Assembly (NCBI RefSeq): GCF_963921235.1
Contig: NC_086097.1
Location: 199,766,001 to 199,830,000, forward strand
From: Mobula hypostoma
Lineage: Eukaryota
Reading direction: 5' to 3'
Length of the DNA stretch: 64,000 nucleotides
The position numbers were made by a program, and so were the translations under genes. Positions 38,186-51,988 of the stretch are shown in pieces. Below the pieces are notes generated by a model that saw only the letters and a program-made list of their open reading frames with translations, ran no database searches and was not told the origin of the DNA. The stretch's first letter is position 1. Each line of letters begins with the position of its first letter.

Positions 38186-40480
38186 ATATTTTAAAATTAT
38201 GGTTCTGGGATAGTTTCAGTAAATTGGAGGCAAAGTGACCCCACTATTTAGGAAAAGGAGAAGAGCTGGGGAACTAGTTACCTGCTTGCCTTATATCAGT
38301 GGCAGTACAAATACTGCATTTTATCATGAAGAAGATCATGTCAAGGTCAAGGCATTTGGAAAATAATAGCATGGATTTGTGAAAGTGAAATCATATTTGT
38401 GTAACCTTTTGGCATTCTTTGAGGGTGTTCCTAGTAGAGTGGATGAAGGAGCACACGTTGATGTGATACTTTGACCTTCAATAGACCAAAGAGATAGTGA
38501 CAACAATGTAATAGAATTCCAGATGCAGCTTGCATTGAAAACCACTTCACCATATCGACATTCTTCAACTTAAGGGAAGTTATAACAGAATGGAGGAATT
38601 GTCTAAGGCGGACTGGGAGGAATGATGGCAGATAGGCAGATATTCCACAACCCTCAGCAGGAATTCATTCCATGGGGAAACAGCACAATCTGTGATTAAC
38701 AGAAGGTCAAGGCTAATACAAAATGGAAAAAGTGAGGAATACAAAGTGGCAAATGCTGGTGGTAGGCTAAAGGGCAGGGAAGTCTAGGATCCAGCAGTGA
38801 AAGACTAAAGAAATCAAGAAGGGAGACAATTGATCTTGAGAGAAAACTTGCACGTAATTATTAAAACATACAGTCAGAGTAGATATAAGGTGGCTAAGTT
38901 TGCTGTGTTCTTTAATCATTTATAAAATTTAAATGTAATCATACTTGGTCAATATGTTGAATCCTCTGAATTTTTGACCCTGAAGGAGTGTGGAGATTTG
39001 GTTATTACATTCAAAACTAATGAATTTATTTCTGAATATGAGAATTAAGGGTTAAGGGGCTAGGACTAGATATTGAGATAGAATATCAGCCATGATCTTG
39101 TTGAATGATGAGCAAAAAAAAGGGACTCATTGGCCAATCAATTTTTGATATTTTTTAAACTATTAACAGACTAAAGCATATTTTCTGAGTTGTGACTGTG
39201 TGGAGAGCGTATGGAGGGAGAAATGGTGGAAGGGTATTTAAATTTAAGGGATACTGTAACTGAAGATGCTCAGTAGGTTAGGTGGCATCTGTGGAAAGAA
39301 AAACATTTAACATTAATGTTTTACATTTGGGATCCTTCATTAGAGTACTTCCATTTCAGAGCATGATTTAAGAACAAATACCATTGAAGACACCCCACTT
39401 GTTTGCAACATCATTCTGCTCTTTCTCCCCCTTTTCTCGCACTTTAAAAATTCTGACTTGAATAAATTGTTGCTAACGCTAAGTCCACAGCTTGTCTTTG
39501 TGTAAATTCTCTTCAGTTATTTACTAAAAACCTAGTTAAATTATTAATATTAAAATACCAGTCATAAAATCTTAAACGCAGCATCATGAATCTACTATTC
39601 TACACCATTCTCTATAAAGACATAAACTAATCACTGTTCTATCAATAACTGTATTGCTTGAAATTGCACCTTTTTCCCTGAAAAATTAATTCTCTATTTC
39701 AATAAACACATTATTTGATCTACTGAATTTCTTGTTATTGTCAGAATCTTTGTGTATTCTTGTTTCCTTAACATAGAATTTAAGTCTACATGGATACTTC
39801 TGTGGGATCATTTTGTAGCAGTGTTCTTTAAAATATGATTAAGATTTTTATGTTTGTTTATCTCCTCTTCCTTGCTTGCCCAATCCCAATATATACCTTG
39901 GACCACATACTTTATGAATATTGTGCTTTAATTTGGTTTCTACTTATTATGAAAATGTTGCTGTGTAATGACGTCCAAGCATTCATTGCTCTCTATTTCT
40001 GGAATTTGGATCCATTGAAGCTAAATACATATTTTGCTTCTTTTCATGTTCACCTCTTTTTTTCCTTGTCCCTTCATCATTTTTATCATTTAATCTTTCC
40101 TTTTTTTGTATCCTAAATCTTTCCTCATTTTCTTCTGCCTCTGTACTTACAAAACTTGTAAGTAAAATAACACTGTCTTCATCAACAGATGCTGCCTGAA
40201 CTGAACATTTATATTTTATTTTCTTTTCATTATATACAGTATATTTCCCTTGTGATTTCTTGAAAAATAAGCCTTCATTAAAATGTTGAAGAAATAAATA
40301 TGAATTTAATGTTTATTTTTGTGCATTGTCTGATTAAGCAGTCCATTTTTTATTAGTTTATTTGTATTCTTTCAAATCCTAAAGTTGGATGTTAAGAACT
40401 ACAGAATATTTGGAAAGGATGAGGGAAAGAAGGGGGAGAAGTGATTGTTGCTTTAGTTCATCATTCCTTTTTTGTGCCAG

Positions 40481-40631
40481 GTATGTTTTCATTGCGATGG
40501 AGGCATTGGACCAGTTGTTGATGGCTTGTCATTCCCAAAGCATTAATCTGTTTGTTGAAAGCTTTCTTCAAATGGTAGCCAAGCTACTGGAGTCAGGAGA
40601 GCCTGAGCTACAAATTCTTGGCTCCAATTCG
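40481..40631 (+). CDS. EFR3A: EFR3 homolog A, coding exon 4 (151 bp; YVFIAMEALDQLLMACHSQSINLFVESFLQMVAKLLESGEPELQILGSNS)
   Basis: Polypyrimidine tract with gccAG acceptor, GTaagt donor; phase matches exon 3. Confidence 0.96.
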
Positions 40632-42149
40632 GTAAGTAAGATGGCCAAGCTTCTTAATTTAAATGGGATAGCTCCCATGCATTTTAGCTTGAATCTTTCT
40701 TGGTTCTGATATATCTACTGCACTGCTATTCAGGATGAAGCAGAAGTCACAATTTTAAAATGTGTGCAGATTTCTTAGTGTTTGTGTAACGTGTATTTGT
40801 GGAGCATATGCAATATAAAAACCAAGAAAATAGGAGCAGAAATAATCCCACTTGAGCCTGCTCAACCATTCAAAATGATCACAGCTAATCATCCAATATT
40901 CAGTTCCTGGTATATATTTAATTGCAGGTATTCACAATATCAGACTAGAATGGATTGAAAACGGTCTCAGAATTGGAATAAATATGTTCCTTTCAGACTG
41001 GAGGGTGGTAACTAGCAGAGTACCAGAGGGATCAGTTTTTATCCCACAATTGTTGGTTATTTGTATCAGTAGTCTGGAGGAAAATATAAATAATTTTGTC
41101 AATGATACTCAAATGAGTGGAAGGACACATTGTGAGAACGGACAATGCATTTCTGTGACAGGATACAGATATCTCTGAGAAGGAGAATGGCAAATGGAAT
41201 TTAATGTGGGGAAATGTGAGCTTGTGTACTTTAGAAGGTGTTCAAAAAGCAAATTGTATATAAGGGAAGGGACTGAGTAAAGTATAGAACCATCAAGGTG
41301 TTATAGTGCATGAATTGCAAAAAGCTAGCAGCCATGTCAATGTAGTTAAGAAGGCAAATGACATTTTGGTTTTCATTGGGAGCTTAAAAATAAGGAGGTT
41401 TTGTAGTTTCTAACTTCCCTTTGTGAACGTAAATTAACTTTTACAAATCATATTGACCATTGTTCCTAACTTCTGACCATTTAGAAAATACTCTGATCTA
41501 TCCATTTTAGAGTAGATAATCTTTCATTTATCCCCATACAACTTCATCAGCAAGTGTTGTACCCAGTCATTTAATCCAGTATCCCATTGCAACTTAATTT
41601 CCATCTACACAACTTGCTGTGTGTCTAACATAACATTATCAGCAGATTTAATTATAAGGTTCCCTATGTTTTGATCAAAGGCGGTTATAAATATAGCGAA
41701 AACCCAATGCTCCAGTGTAGTTTCCAAGGAGATATCATTCTGCTAGTTGGAGCACACACCTCTTAATCTTTCTTTCCTCTATACCAAAGCTCATCTTTAC
41801 ACTTTTGCTTGCATTTCCTTTAATTTTTGTCTCTGTTCTTATGAAAGTTCACTTTTTTTTATCTTTTGAACATCAGTAAAAGACGTTTTTAAAGTGATTT
41901 TTTTTTGGTACAGAGGTTTTTTGGGTAGATTAGTAACTTCTGATACCTTAAGGTGATAAGAACCAATTTTTAAATGATCTCGCTAAAACATATGGTAAAA
42001 GAGAAAAGTAAATTGAGTATTCACTTACTAAACAGATCTTCTAGTCAGAGTAATATGGGAGTGCTGTGATTATACCATAGAAATGGATTCCATATATATT
42101 CCCACACTCTAGGGCATTCATTTAAGTATTTGTAGCAAATATTATTATA

Positions 42150-43180
42150 GTTAAACAGCGTAGGGACTTTGGCCCAACACTTCAATGCAAAAACATATCT
42201 CTCTAACCCTTTCCTATGCATGTAGCTGTCTAAATGTCTTTTAAAACATTGTAATGATCTTACCTTTACCACTGGCAATTATTTCCATATACCCTCCACT
42301 CTGTGAAAACCTTTCCGCTGTCACATTAAACCAGTGCCCTATGGTTTTATACTTCTGTGCCCTGGAGAATAAGATGGTGATAATTCTCCTTATCTAGGCA
42401 CATCATGCTTTCATAAGGCCACCCTTCAACTTCCTATACTCTGGTGGAATAGCCACAATCTACCCTTTTAATTCAAGCCATCTGATCCAGAAAAATCCTT
42501 CTGAATCTTTTCTGCACTTTTTTTTTGATTTAATGTCCTTCCTTCTATAGCTGGGCAACCAGAATAATACACAATATCCAAGTATAGTCTCATCAACTTC
42601 TTGTACAGCTCCTTTACTCAGTGCCCTGATGCATGAAGGCAAGGATGCCAAACCCTTTCACCACCTTGTCTGTGTGTCATAACTTTCAAGGGACAATGAA
42701 CTTGTTTCCCTAAGGATCTGTAGTCTACAACACTCTCCAGGACCTTGCCATTTACTGCACAAGCCCTGCCTTCAATTAACTTCCCAAAATACAACACTGC
42801 ACTTGTTCAAGATTGCAACTGCCATTCCTTGGCTTACTTTCCGAGTTGATTTACATTGAGTTGTATTTTTTGATAACCATCTTGACTCTCCACAATGCAC
42901 CTGAGTATGGTGACATCTGCAAACTTACTAACCATGCTCCTTACATCATATGAGATTTGTTAATGAAGATTGTTGACAATGGGGCACCCAGCACTGATTA
43001 CTATCGCACACCACTGGCATAGGCCTCAAATCTAGGGGAGAAAAAACAATTCTCTCATTTCTACACAAAGCCAATTTTGTGTACAGTTGACTTGCTGACC
43101 TTGTATCCCATGTGTTTTAATCTTTAAGATGGCCCTTGCAATTTATTTCCCTGGCTTCCCACAATTTCCTTGGGTACATT
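42150..43180 (-). mobile_element. Old CR1 LINE 3' fragment
   Basis: LGYCVLFWLPSYRRKDI and VSKFADVT-like remnants; 3' UTR similarity. Confidence 0.65.
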
Positions 43181-44534
43181 CGGGTGTTTTATATGCAGTT
43201 CTGACTTGGTGGGCTGAATTGCCTGTTTTCATGCTGAACAACTGAATATGCAAACTGCATACAAATAGCATTAAGGTCAGGACTCTGCTTACTCCACCAT
43301 GCTGTGAAACACCTGGATTTCCTGCCTGTCCCCAACAAAGTGAATGTATAATACCTTGATTTCCTTTGCCCAGAAGAGCAATGTTGACTTTGCACTAACA
43401 CTCCATTAACCTAAGTTAGTGATTTTCATGTTGTTACTAATGTATTGTGCATGCTTTAGAAATGTTCTAAAATTGCTGGGAATACCGACTGTCCAAAGAG
43501 GAAGACACTTTTCCTATTTTTTTTAAGCTTTTTCTGCCATATTAGTGTTTAACAGCAATGGTAGAAGCTTTGGAAATAGGATGGTACTTTGAATTTCTTG
43601 GAATAGTTTCAAACTCTGCCATTATGTCTATAATGATGGAGTTTCAACCAAAAGTCTGAACCTCTCAACTCTACTGATAATTGATGTAAATATATGGAAA
43701 GCCTTGTCCACTTTTCAGAACAATCCTTATATGTTAGCAATATGTATTTGTCACTGATTCATTGGTTAAATCTCTCTCAAAATCTTAATACTGTATTTGA
43801 GAAAACAAATCTAATAACTGTTCTAGTTCATTAATAAAAAATATTTAATATGAAATATTTAATATACTTGAAAGGTATTGTGAGGTTTATAAAATAAACG
43901 GACTTACATGGTGATGCTTTATGTAGCTGGTGTACTATTTAAGCAGCTCTTGATTTGCAATGCTCCTGCTAATTGTTTGAATCATTTTATTGAATTGTGC
44001 CACTGACTCTTTGTTCAAAATGTAACTTTGTTTTATTGACCCATCTATTTTTCAAGTCAGTGCTCTATTTTGGGATAATTGAGCAGGAATTTTATGTTGG
44101 AGTAAATGAACATAGTGAGCAAACTAAATTCTCATAGTTCAGTATGTACAGGGATCCTGAATTTCCAGCATCTACAGATTTCCTTGTGTCTTGATTTTTT
44201 TTTCCCTCAAGTTTTGATTTTGTTTCCTCTATTAGACGAGCTTCAAGTCTGTCAGTGAAGTTGCAAGGATCTAACCCAATTATTTCTACCTACATGTGAA
44301 TAACGAGCCTGCTCCAAGTCTCAGGCTCTGGTAGCAGTTATTTAATTTCAGTCATCAACATAAAAGAGATATTGGATAGCCAGAAAATGTTGATTATTAG
44401 CTCTCCACTGATGTGGCCCAGTTTTTGTGCAGACTGAGGTGTCATTCTAAAGTTGATTGCAACAACCAGTGAAGAATTCAGAACAAATTGTATCCCTTCA
44501 AATAAAATGTTAATAGAGCCATTCTGTGTTCTAC

Positions 44535-47500
44535 AACACAGAAACAAGTCCTTCGGCCCACCTAGTCAGTGCTGGGTCATTAATCTGCCTGGTCCCTTTG
44601 ACCTGCACATAGTCTGTAGCCCTATATACCCCTCCCATCCATGTATCTATCCATATTTCTTTAATGTTGAAATTGAACCCGCATCCACCACTTGCACTGG
44701 CCGTTCATTCCATACTCTCGCCACCCTCTGAGTTAAGAAGTTCCCCCTCATGTTCCCCTTAAACACTTTACCTTTCACCCGTGACCCATGACCTTTAGTT
44801 GCAGTCTCATCTAATCTCAGTGGAAAAAGCCTGTCTGCATTTACCCTGTCTATACCCCTCATAATTTTGTATACCTCTATCAAATCTCCCCTCAATCTTC
44901 TACATTTTAGGGTATAAAGTGCTAAGCTATTCAATCTTTCTTTATCGCTCAGGTCCTCGAAAGTCCCAGCAACATTCTTATAAATTTTCTCTGCACATTT
45001 TCAATCTTGTTTATATCTTTCTTGTAGGTAGGTGACAAAAACTGTACATAATACTCCAAATTAGGCCTTACTAATGTCTTATACAATTTCAGTATAACAT
45101 CCCATCTCCTGTACTCAATACATTGATTTATGATGGCCAATGTGCCAAAACCTTTCTTTATCCTTCTTTGTATCTGTGATATCACCTTCAAGAAATGATG
45201 GATCTGTATTCCCAGATCCCTTTGTTCTACTGCTTACCGGGTAGACCCTGGCTGATCCTTCCAAAGTACAACTCCTCACACTTGTCTGCATTAAATCCCT
45301 TCTGCCATTTCTCAGTCCATTTTTCCAACTGGTTGAGATCCTGCTACAAATTTTGATAGTCTTCCTCGCTGTCTACTACATCCCCACTACCACTCTCCCG
45401 CTAAGCCAATGTCTCATCCAGTTTACTACCTCATCTTGAATGCCAATGACTGAACCTTCTTGACCAAACTCCCATGTGGGGCTTTGTCAAAGTCCATGTA
45501 GCCAACATCCACTGACTTGCCTTCATCAGTTTTTCTGGTAATTACTTTAAAAAATTCTATAACATTGGTTAGACATGACTTACCATGTGCGAAGTCATTC
45601 TGACTGTCCCTAATTGGTCGCTGTCTATCCAAATACTTGTATATTCAATCCCTTAGAATATCTTCCAATAACACTAATTCAGGCTCACTGACCTATAGTT
45701 TCCTGGCTCAATTTTAGAACCTTTCTTAAACAATGGGACGGCATTAGCTATCCTCCAATACTCCAGCACCTCACCTGTGTTTAGGGATGTTTTAAATATC
45801 TCTGTAAGGGCCCCTTCAATTTCTGCACTTACCTCCCACAGAGTCCAAGGGAACACCTTGTCAATCCCTGGGGATTTATCCATCTTAATTTGCCTCAAGA
45901 AAAATAACACCTCCTCCTCCATAATCTGTATAGGGTGGATGACCCCAATGATGTGAGGCAATGCAGCATGGTCTGTCCATCTCCCGAGTTAATACAGATG
46001 CAAAAAATCCATTTAAGATCTCCCCGCCCCCCCCCCATCTCTTTTGGCTTCCCGCATACATTACCACTCAGATCTTCCAGAGGACCAGTTTTGTCCTTCG
46101 CTCTACTTTTGTCCTTAATATATCTGTAGAAGCCCTTGGGATTTTCCTTCACCTTGTCTGCTAGAGCAACCTCATGTCTTCTTTTAGTTCTCCTGATTTC
46201 CTTAAGTGCATTTTTAATAGTCCTCAAGTACCTCATTTGTTCCAGCCTGCCTATACCTGCTGTGTGCCTTTTTTTTTAAACCAGGGCCTCAATATATCTC
46301 GAAAACCAAGGTTCTCTAAACTTGTTATCCTTGCCTTTTATTCTGACGGGAACATACTAACTCTGTACTCTCAAAATTTCGCTCCCACTTACCAAGTACA
46401 CCTTTGCCAAAAGACAATCTGTCCCAATCCACACTTGTCAAATCCTTCCTGATGCCATCAAAAGTGGCCTTTCTCCAAGTTAGAATTTTAACCCGAGGAT
46501 CTGACCTATTAGACCATAAAACAAAGGAGCCATTCGGCCCATCGAGTCTGCTCCACCATTTTATCATGAGCTGATCCATTTTATCCTATTTAGTCCCACT
46601 GCCCCACCTTCTCACCATAACCTTTGATGCCCTGGCTACTCAGATACCTATCAATCTCTGCCTTAAATACACCCATTGACTTGGCCTCCACTGCTGCCCG
46701 TGGCAACAAATTCCATAGATTCACCACCCTCTAACTAAAAAAATTTCTTCGCATTTCTGTTCTGAAAGGGTGCCTTTCAATCCTGAAGTCATGCCCTCTC
46801 GTACTAGACTCCCCCATCATGGGAAACAACTTTGCCACATCCACTCTGTCCATGCCTTTTAACATTCGAAATGTTTCTACGAGGTCTCCCCTCATTCTTC
46901 TAACCTCCAAGGAATACAGTCCAAGAGCGGACAAACGTTCCTCATATGTTAACCCTCTCATTCCCGGAATCATTCTAGTGAATCTTCTCTGTACCCTATC
47001 CTTTTCCATAATTACCTTGAAACTGATGGCCTTACGATCATTAGATGCAAAGTGATTCCCCAACACAAATTTCTGTCACCTGTCCTTTTCCATTCACTTA
47101 TGGAAGATCACACGCTCTCTAGTTGGGACTACTATGTACTGATTAAGGAAACTTTCCTGAACACATTTGCAAAACAGTTTTCTATCCAGCTGTTTTACAG
47201 TATGGGAGTCCCAATCAATATGTGGCAAGTTAAAATCACCCACTATTACAGCCTATGTTTCTTGCAACAGTCTGCGATCTTTCAACAGATTTGTTCCTCT
47301 AAATCTCGTGGACTGTCGCGTTGTCTATAATATGCCATTAACCAATCTTATTCCTCAGTACTGCCCATAAAGCCTCACAAGACGAGCTTTCCAGTCTGTA
47401 TGGGCTGAGCACCACTGTGACTTTTTCCCTGACTAGTGTTGCCACCCTTCCCCCTTTAATCCCTCACACTCTATCATGTCAAAAACAACAGAACTCTGGA

Positions 47501-48680
47501 AGATTGAGCTGGCAGTCCTGCCCCCTCCTACAACTAATTCTCACTAATTCCTACAATGTCATAATTCCACTTGCTGATCCATGCACTAAGCTCTCCTTCT
47601 TTCCTACAATACTGTTTGCCCTGAAATATATGTAGCTCAGAAAATTGGTCCCACCGTGCTTGGCCTTTTGATTCCTGACTTTGTATGTAGGCTTAATATC
47701 ATCTTTCTCCACAGCTCCTCTATTATCTGTTCTGGCACTCTAGTTCACATCCCCACACAACTTTGGGTTAAACACCGCCCCCCCCCAACTCCCGTGCAAC
47801 ACTACCAAATGTTCCTGCAGAGATCTTGGTCTGCCTCCAGTTCAGATAGAAACCATCCTTTCTGTACACATCCCACCTTTCCTGGAACAGAGTCCAGTGA
47901 TCCAAAAATCTGAAGCTCCCTTCTTGCACCATCTACTTAGCCTTGTGTTCAACTGTATGATCTTCCTAGTTCTGTCCTAACTGGCACGTGACACAGGTAG
48001 CAATCCTGAAGTCACTACCCTGGAGGTCTGTCCTATATCATTACATGTAACTCCCTGAACTCACTTTGCAGGACCTCATTTCTTCCGGCTGCTCACCCTC
48101 CCACTAAAGAATGCTGTGGACTTGATTCGAGATGTCCCTGACCCTGCACCCAGGAGGCAACATACCATCTGGGGATCTCATTCTCTTCCACAAAATTGCC
48201 TTCTGTTACCCTAACAAACAAATAATCTATCACTACAGTTTGCCTCATTTCCCTCCTTCCTTTCTGAAACACAGAGCCCAACTCTGTGCCAGAGACCTGA
48301 CTGCTGTGATTTTCCTCTGCTAGGTTATTGCTGTCCTTTCCCAAATGTATCTAAAGCTGTTTTAGAGAGGTACGGCCACAGAGGTACTCTGCACTGGTTG
48401 CCTATCAACTCTTATCCTCTCCTGATGGTCACCTGGTTTCCTGTGACCTGTACTTTGGGTGTAACTACCTCCTTATATGTCTTCTCTATCAACCCCTCAG
48501 CCTCTTGAATGATCTGGAGTTCATCCAGTTCCACTTCCAGCTCCTTAACATGGTCTAATAGAAGCTGCAGCTGGATGCACTTCTTGCAGAGGTAGTTGTC
48601 AGGGACACTGGAGGTCTCCCTGCCTTCCCACATCATGTAAGAGGAGCATTTCACTATAATGTCTGACATCCTCATTGTGC
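44535..48680 (-). mobile_element. Near-full-length decayed CR1 LINE including an ORF1 remnant
   Basis: ORF1 remnant VKCSSYMMWE...YLCKKCIQLQLL.DHVKELEVELDEL and esterase-like MVCCL.GA.V; endonuclease remnants ~47000-47640; RT fragments KENPKGFYRYIK, MDKSPGIDKVFP and LVRPNLEYYVQF. Confidence 0.88.
46510..46994 (-). mobile_element. Young CR1 3' end nested in the older CR1
   Basis: Nearly identical to 22230-22725; cctat repeated at 46505-46509 and 46995-46999. Confidence 0.9.
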
Positions 48681-50742
48681 AAAAAGAAAGGAAGAAAGAA
48701 TAAATAATGATTTTTAAAAAAAATCTACTTGTGGCCTCTGCCATTCCTAAGCCTCGATGTCCTAAAGCAACAATTCCCCACTCTAATGCTAGTTTACTCA
48801 CACAATAGCTGCTCCATCTAAACCTAACTTTGTTATATTGGCCCTTGCCAAGTGCATAATTATTCACAATCCAATCTCTCCTCAGGAACTGTGGCGTGCA
48901 AAAAATGCCAACTGCCCCAACTTGCTTCTTTTAAATTCTCTCCTTCAATGCTATCTGATATCTCCAGAGTATCTGTGATGCACAAAAACTTCATAAAACA
49001 GCTCTTTGTTTTTGCAGAGTTACTTTTCAACAATGATAAAGTTTATGTTACTATTTAGAAAGAAAAAAATTGGTGCATTTTAGCTGGAGATTTGTTTCAT
49101 AATCATCAAAAATATTTACCATTATTCATAATATACATGTTCTGCACAATTATGGTAAAAGTAGAGCGTAGAACCATACAGTCCCTTCAACCCACAAGGT
49201 GTGCAACCTTTTAATCTACAAGATCAATCTATCTAACACATCCTTCCCACATAGCCCTCTATTTTTCTTTCACTTATGCGTCTATTGAAGAATCCTCTTC
49301 TAGCTCCCTAATGTAGATGCCTGTGTCACCATCCCTGCTAGTGCATTCTGTGCACTTACCACTCTGTGTTTTTAAAATAAACCTACCCCGATATCCCTGT
49401 AATGCTTTCCTCCAATCACTGTAAACTTACTCCCACTAGTATCAGCCATTTCTCCAATCAGTGTGAACTTATTCCCACTAGTATTAGCCATTTCTGCTCT
49501 GGGTAAAAGCGCTCATACTGTGTTCACTGGAGCAATGGAGGCTTAGGGCATGGGTAACATAGTCAATTTTTCCTGGATGAAGCTTTTGGGTGCTGAAGGA
49601 CGTGGCTTTAAGATGTACGTTTTAAAATAAAATGTGGGCTCCATTGAGTGCTGGATGCCTGGAATGTGCTTCTGGGGTGGTGGTGAAAGCAGACAGGATA
49701 TGGTACTTAAGAGGCATGAACACAGGCATGTGAGCAGCTGAGGATGGAGAAATCGGGATCATATGAAGGCAGATGGGTTGACTTTAATTTGCCATCACAG
49801 TTAGCACAGACATGGTGGTCCAAAGGGTGTGTTTCTGTGCTGTATTCTCTGATGGCTGCAGTCCTTGGGTCAGGGAATCTAAATGTACGTGGGTGCAGGT
49901 TTAAGGTGAGAGGGGAGAGATCTGAAGGTGTGGTGAATATGTGTAGGAGCTGCCAGAGAGATGGGGTACAATTACAGCATTTAAAATGCATTTGGTCAGG
50001 TACATGGATAGAAACCATTTAGGGGGATATGGGCTAAATGCAGTCAAATGGGACTAGCCCAGATAGGCGCCTTAGCTAGCATGGACAGGTTAGGCTAGAG
50101 GGCCTGTTTCTGTGCTATGATTCAATGGCCTTGCTCTGTGAGGAAGTGAGGAGACAGCAGGGAAACCATGGGTTTGAATCCTGGAGTGGGTGGGGATTGC
50201 AACACTCTGGCCCCTGACCTCTAGCACTCACCTGTACCTGTGTACCTGTAACAGATGGTGCGCTTCTGCAGAGCCAAGCTGGGTCATCCCTGGTGATATT
50301 TCCACCCCGCCACCTGGTCTGCACTTGCCTGAAACCTCAGGAGTCAGGCCTCTGCTTGGGTTGGCGATGGTGTGGTGAGAGGGACTCCCGCCAGGCATCA
50401 CTTGGCTCTCTTCCTGCCTGCCCAACTCCGTGGTCCCAGCATTGTGCAACTTCCTACGCACTTTGATCCATGGGCGATGGGAGCAGGTGTGGGGTGTCGA
50501 GAGCAAACAGATGTGTCCTGGGTGGAGGGTGGCAGCTGGGACATCCTTGCCTCTCAGAAACCTGTTTGCCACTCCAGCATGACCCCTGCCTTTCACCTGA
50601 GACCATTTTCCAACAGCAGCTGTCAGTTCCTCAGCACAGGGGCTCATTGTTTTAGTCAAGTTACACAGGTAATGAAAATACCTGTTCAGCTCAGGAATGA
50701 AACATCTAACATGTAGGCTAGAATGTAGTTCTAATATGTATT

Positions 50743-51072
50743 ATACACAAAATGCTGGAGGAACTCAGAAGGCCGGGCAACATCTATGGAAAAACTTTTT
50801 TCCATGGATGCCACCTGGCCTGCTGAGTTTCTCCAGTATTTTGTGTGTGTTGTTCGGATTTCCAGCATTTGCAGATTTTCTTTTCTTTGTTCTCTTGTTT
50901 GTAAATATGCATTATGCCAGGTTTGGAAACTGCAAATAATACCTGATGAATGATCTCAGCCCAAAACATTGACTGTTTATTGTTTTCCATAGATGCTGCC
51001 TGGCCTGCTGAGTTCCTTCAGCATTTTGTGTGTTGCTTAGATTTCCAGCATCTGCAAATTTCCTCTTGCTTG
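50743..51072. mobile_element. Penelope-derived insertion: inverted tail plus two forward tails, with degenerate hammerhead
   Basis: Near-palindrome at 50743-50848; CTGATGA core at 50943-50949 followed by a second tail copy. Confidence 0.75.
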
Positions 51073-51530
51073 TGATTGAACTAATATCTGGGCCAGATTG
51101 TGTTTATGGTTACTGCCAGCTTCATGGAGAAATACCAGTCAGCTGCAGTGCATTGTTGAAAACATTCTTTGATTGTATACTGTAATATTTATTCTTTAGT
51201 ATGGTTGTGCGCCAAGGGGCTGGATGGTTCTGATCAGTGGAGGCATTTCGAAATAGTGAAAAGGCCTTCTGAAGATCTGAATTCATCAGCAAACTTTTAG
51301 ATTATTTTGGAGCAATGGGGCACAGGTTAGAAAGAGCAGTTGATGGTTCCCAATTTTATGGTTGAGTAGAGTTAAGGTTTTTTTACTTTGGATCATACAT
51401 TTTATCAACAAAGGACATTCACGATTCCTGTTCCTTGTGCTGTCTCTCTTTTATAATGTTTTCTGAACTTTCCATATAACATCTAGCCTTTTCAAATCTT
51501 TTGAAATGATGTAGATTACTTAGATAATCA

Positions 51531-51988
51531 GTCAGTCAGTCAGTGGGTGCCGTCCCGAATGCGGGGTTGGCGGCTATGCACCTCCATCTTCTTCGATCTT
51601 GCGACAGCACCAAGTACAGCCTCTCCTCCAGTTTGTTCTTGCTGGCAGCCTTGGCACCGCCCACCGCCGCCCCCTTTGATCTCGAGCCCAAGGCCGCGTC
51701 GACCTCCAGCCACGGTTGCTTTTTCGAGCTCAACCCTTCCTTAGGCGGAGACCTTGGGCAGGTCCAGGCACATGGTGCAGCACCCAAGTTCATCGTGTCT
51801 CTTCTAACTAAGTGCGTAGCATACGATTCGTAGATACGTGGTGAGGCTTTAATCTCTTCCACGGAAGATGGCTGTTGGTTCACAAGGAGCTCATCCGCCC
51901 TTCGTCAGGTCTTGTTTTTTTTAGTCCTGCTGGGTGTCCTCACACCCTCCTCACCAGACTAAGTCCTGTGGGGGACTCCCCTCACCGG
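51531..51988 (-). mobile_element. Short non-autonomous retroelement with RTE-like 3' end, (ACTG)n tail and 13-bp TSD
   Basis: acttagataatca at 51518-51530 and 51989-52001; the minus strand ends SQDRRRWRCIAANPAFGTAP then (actg)n. Confidence 0.75.

Larger units (their letters stand above)
30640..38480 (+). mobile_element. Old CR1 LINE fragmented by three younger insertions (remnants ~30640-30960, 31950-32165, 33465-33827, 38186-38480)
   Basis: Collinear degraded endonuclease-to-RT remnants: ..DGF..YVE..TR, SN.NMVEF.I, then P.VLK.EV.EFVEVL.IIF | ...VTPLFRK continuing across the Gypsy TSD. Confidence 0.6.

Noticed and set aside
40389..40709. 106-aa ORF spanning EFR3A exon 4
   Set aside because: Only 40481-40631 is EFR3-like and bounded by splice sites; the flanks are intron sequence open by chance
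43189..43401. ORF containing WWSKQSPDLNAI, resembling a Tc1 catalytic motif
   Set aside because: A single short motif without other transposase motifs or TIRs; too weak to call
51878..51910. CTGACGA...GTGAA on the minus strand of the RTE-tailed element as a hammerhead
   Set aside because: No GAAA adjacent to stem II and no identifiable stems I/III
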